From: an uncultured virus (IMG/VR IMGVR_UViG_3300008262_000226)
Taxonomy: Duplodnaviria > Heunggongvirae > Uroviricota > Caudoviricetes
IMG/VR virus record: IMGVR_UViG_3300008262_000226
Coordinates: 106,474-126,473 of that record
Length of the DNA stretch: 20,000 bases
Direction: 5' to 3' (one strand)
Part shown: positions 18,438-20,000 of the stretch, piece after piece
Layout of the letters: each line of letters starts with the position of its first letter
How positions within the stretch are numbered: position 1 is the stretch's first letter
The notes under the pieces: generated by a model
What the model saw: only the letters and a program-made list of their open reading frames with translations
The model's database searches: none
Told to the model about the DNA's origin: nothing
Position numbers and translations under genes: made by a program

Positions 18438-18461
18438 AGCAGAGCACTGAACAAGACACCC

Positions 18462-18695
18462 ATGAAAGGCATCATCGATTACGGTGACGACGGCGTAGTT
18501 CCGATGATTGATTCGGATGACGTTGAGAATGTCGTAGAAACCATTCTTGAGTATGTAGAGAATCGCTTTGAACTTCTTCACAAAGAAGGAGGTCGTGATC
18601 GTGACATCTTTGCTCTCGTTGAAGAGTTCCAAGAGTGGGGAGCTGCTGAGCAAGGCGACGAAATTTCTTACTTTACTTGCCCTACTTTTGGTTGA
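18462..18695 (+). CDS. Small acidic hypothetical early protein, 77 aa
   Basis: First ORF after the promoter. Strongly D/E-rich, with C-ending codons (ATC, TAC, GAC, TTC). No HTH recognised. Confidence 0.7.
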   Translation: MKGIIDYGDDGVVPMIDSDDVENVVETILEYVENRFELLHKEGGRDRDIFALVEEFQEWGAAEQGDEISYFTCPTFG

Positions 18696-18700
18696 TTATC

Positions 18701-19186
18701 ATGCTTTGGAACATTGACGCTCAAAAAGTTGCTGACGGTTACGGTATTAGTCTGGATGATTTTATTGACACCGTAAACGGTAGCGGCACATCACCAATTA
18801 CAGAAGTAGCAGTTGCTAACATTCTTGGTGGTCAACGTGTCGTTGGTAAACAACTTCCTTACGATGTGATTGCCAAGGAACGTATTAATCAATTGGTAGA
18901 AGTTCGTAATATTTGCAAGACACAATATGTTTATTTTTCGCCCTCTACCGCTACTGGTAAAGGTCGTTTTTACGATGAAAATGACTACCAAAAGAAATTG
19001 AGTTCGATTGATTCTTATGTCTTCTGTGATCTTCGTGCTCGCTTCACTGAACCTCCTAAGTTCTATGAAATTCCAGTTGACAAAGTAGTAGAATTGACGG
19101 ATAATGGAACAATCAAAGATGGTAAAGTAACGGTCAAGCAATTCTTTGATCTCTTCCCCTACGAACAATACGCTCTCAAACCCTGA
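18701..19186 (+). CDS. Putative type II restriction endonuclease, PD-(D/E)XK fold, RsaI-like (predicted GTAC), ~161 aa
   Basis: ATG18701, 5 bp after the upstream stop, is more plausible than TTG18677. Motifs PYDV (18857) ... VEVRNI (Glu at 18899) ... VYFSPS.ATGKGR.Y.E..Y.KKL..I..Y...D ... Y.IPV..V ... KV...F follow the order and size I recall for R.RsaI (GYDL...WEVRSI...VYFNPS..VGSGRKF.E.GF..K...I). The stop lies 1 bp before a DNA methyltransferase. Confidence 0.65.
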   Translation: MLWNIDAQKVADGYGISLDDFIDTVNGSGTSPITEVAVANILGGQRVVGKQLPYDVIAKERINQLVEVRNICKTQYVYFSPSTATGKGRFYDENDYQKKLSSIDSYVFCDLRARFTEPPKFYEIPVDKVVELTDNGTIKDGKVTVKQFFDLFPYEQYALKP

Positions 19187-19187
19187 T

Positions 19188-20000
19188 ATGAAAACAAACA
19201 TCATTCACGTTGGAGACAACATCACCAATCTGAAGAATCTTCCTGATTCTTCTGTGGATTTGTGTGTCACTTCGCCACCTTATTATAACCTGCGTGACTA
19301 TCAGAATGCAGGTCAAATTGGTGTGGAAAATACTGTGAGTGAGTATGTAGAGAATCTTTGCAAAGTATTTGATGAGATCTATCGTGTATTGAAACCGACT
19401 GGATCGTGTTGGGTCAATATTGCTGATACATACGATAAGAAGCGTTTGCTTCAGGTTCCTAGTCGTTTTGAGATTGCCATGTGTGATCGTGGATGGCAGC
19501 TCAGAAATGAAATTATTTGGAACAAACCTAATCCACAACCAATCTCTTCGAAGGATCGTTTCTGGTCTAATCATGAGAAGTTCTTTTGGTTTGTGAAGGA
19601 TGTGAAAAAATACTATTTTGATCGAGATCCTATTCTTGTGCCACAAGCAGAGATTAGTATTCGACGCATGTTCTCTAAGAACAATGTAGATAAGCGTAAG
19701 GATGCTAATGCATCTGAAAAGGAAGGATTTGCGATTTCATCCGTGAGTCAGGATAAGCATTATGCCCGTATGCGAGAAGAGATGGGTATCTCCAAAGATT
19801 TTGATTATGAGGCATTGATTGCTGCTGGCAAGTGCCCCATGCGACCAGAATTCAGCGTCTGGGAGGTCGCTAGCACCACCTACAAGGGCGCTCACTTCGC
19901 TGTCTACCCTCCCGATCTGATCGCCAAACCTGTTCTCTCGTGCTGCCCCTTAGACGGCGTTGTGGTCGATCCTTTTATGGGGTCTGGAACCACGGGTGAA
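19188..20000 (+). CDS. Beta-class DNA amino-methyltransferase (N6_N4_Mtase family, probably N4-cytosine), 3'-truncated; absent from the supplied ORF track
   Basis: My translation from ATG19188 is open to the window end (271 codons): MKTNIIHVGD...LPDSSVDLCVTSPPYY (motif IV, 19269-19283)...RVLKPTGS.WVNI.D...RNEIIWNKPNP...HE...HFAVYPPDL...VVVDPFMGSGTTGE (motif I, from 19968). Motif IV precedes motif I, which defines the beta class. SPPY suggests m4C. Confidence 0.95.
   Translation, partial: MKTNIIHVGDNITNLKNLPDSSVDLCVTSPPYYNLRDYQNAGQIGVENTVSEYVENLCKVFDEIYRVLKPTGSCWVNIADTYDKKRLLQVPSRFEIAMCDRGWQLRNEIIWNKPNPQPISSKDRFWSNHEKFFWFVKDVKKYYFDRDPILVPQAEISIRRMFSKNNVDKRKDANASEKEGFAISSVSQDKHYARMREEMGISKDFDYEALIAAGKCPMRPEFSVWEVASTTYKGAHFAVYPPDLIAKPVLSCCPLDGVVVDPFMGSGTTGE

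Noticed and set aside
18701..19186. PvuII-like (CAGCTG) specificity for the nuclease
   Set aside because: Size and MTase class are similar, but the motif order fits my recollection of RsaI better. CAGCTG occurs repeatedly in the window (e.g. 4940, 6284) while GTAC is depleted.
328..19646. Short antisense and alternate-frame ORFs in the track (e.g. 328-549, 1779-1961, 7766-8077, 18791-19204, 19176-19646)
   Set aside because: They overlap long, motif-bearing + strand genes almost entirely. 19176-19646 is the antisense shadow of the methyltransferase.
1..20000. tRNA, rRNA, CRISPR array, intron/intein, transposase or integrase
   Set aside because: None recognised. Intergenic gaps are at most ~50 bp and no regularly spaced repeats or splicing motifs were seen.

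Overview
AT-rich (~35% GC by eye) window, all real genes on the + strand and tightly coupled. It most likely comes from a T4-like myophage of the cyanophage (Kyanoviridae) type. 1-14627 is a late structural block: the 3' part of a giant virion/tail protein, two tail-collar proteins, three paralogous Ig-like/Gly-rich putative adhesins, and a 974-aa repeat + tail-collar protein behind a TATAAATA late promoter. 14635-18411 holds three 2OG-Fe(II) dioxygenases, a tail-assembly-chaperone-like protein and two hypotheticals. From ~18408 a sigma70-like early promoter precedes a small acidic ORF, a ~161-aa PD-(D/E)XK nuclease resembling R.RsaI (GTAC), and a beta-class N4-cytosine methyltransferase that the ORF track missed (runs off the window). 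Best leads: (1) an apparent split-domain 'plug-and-socket' adhesin system, where three paralogues end in the first half of a repeat domain and the tail-collar protein begins with the missing second half; (2) a phage-encoded RsaI-like restriction-modification pair together with near-total loss of GTAC in the window; (3) patchwork gene conversion between adhesin paralogues. All family assignments come from motif recognition and memory, not database searches.
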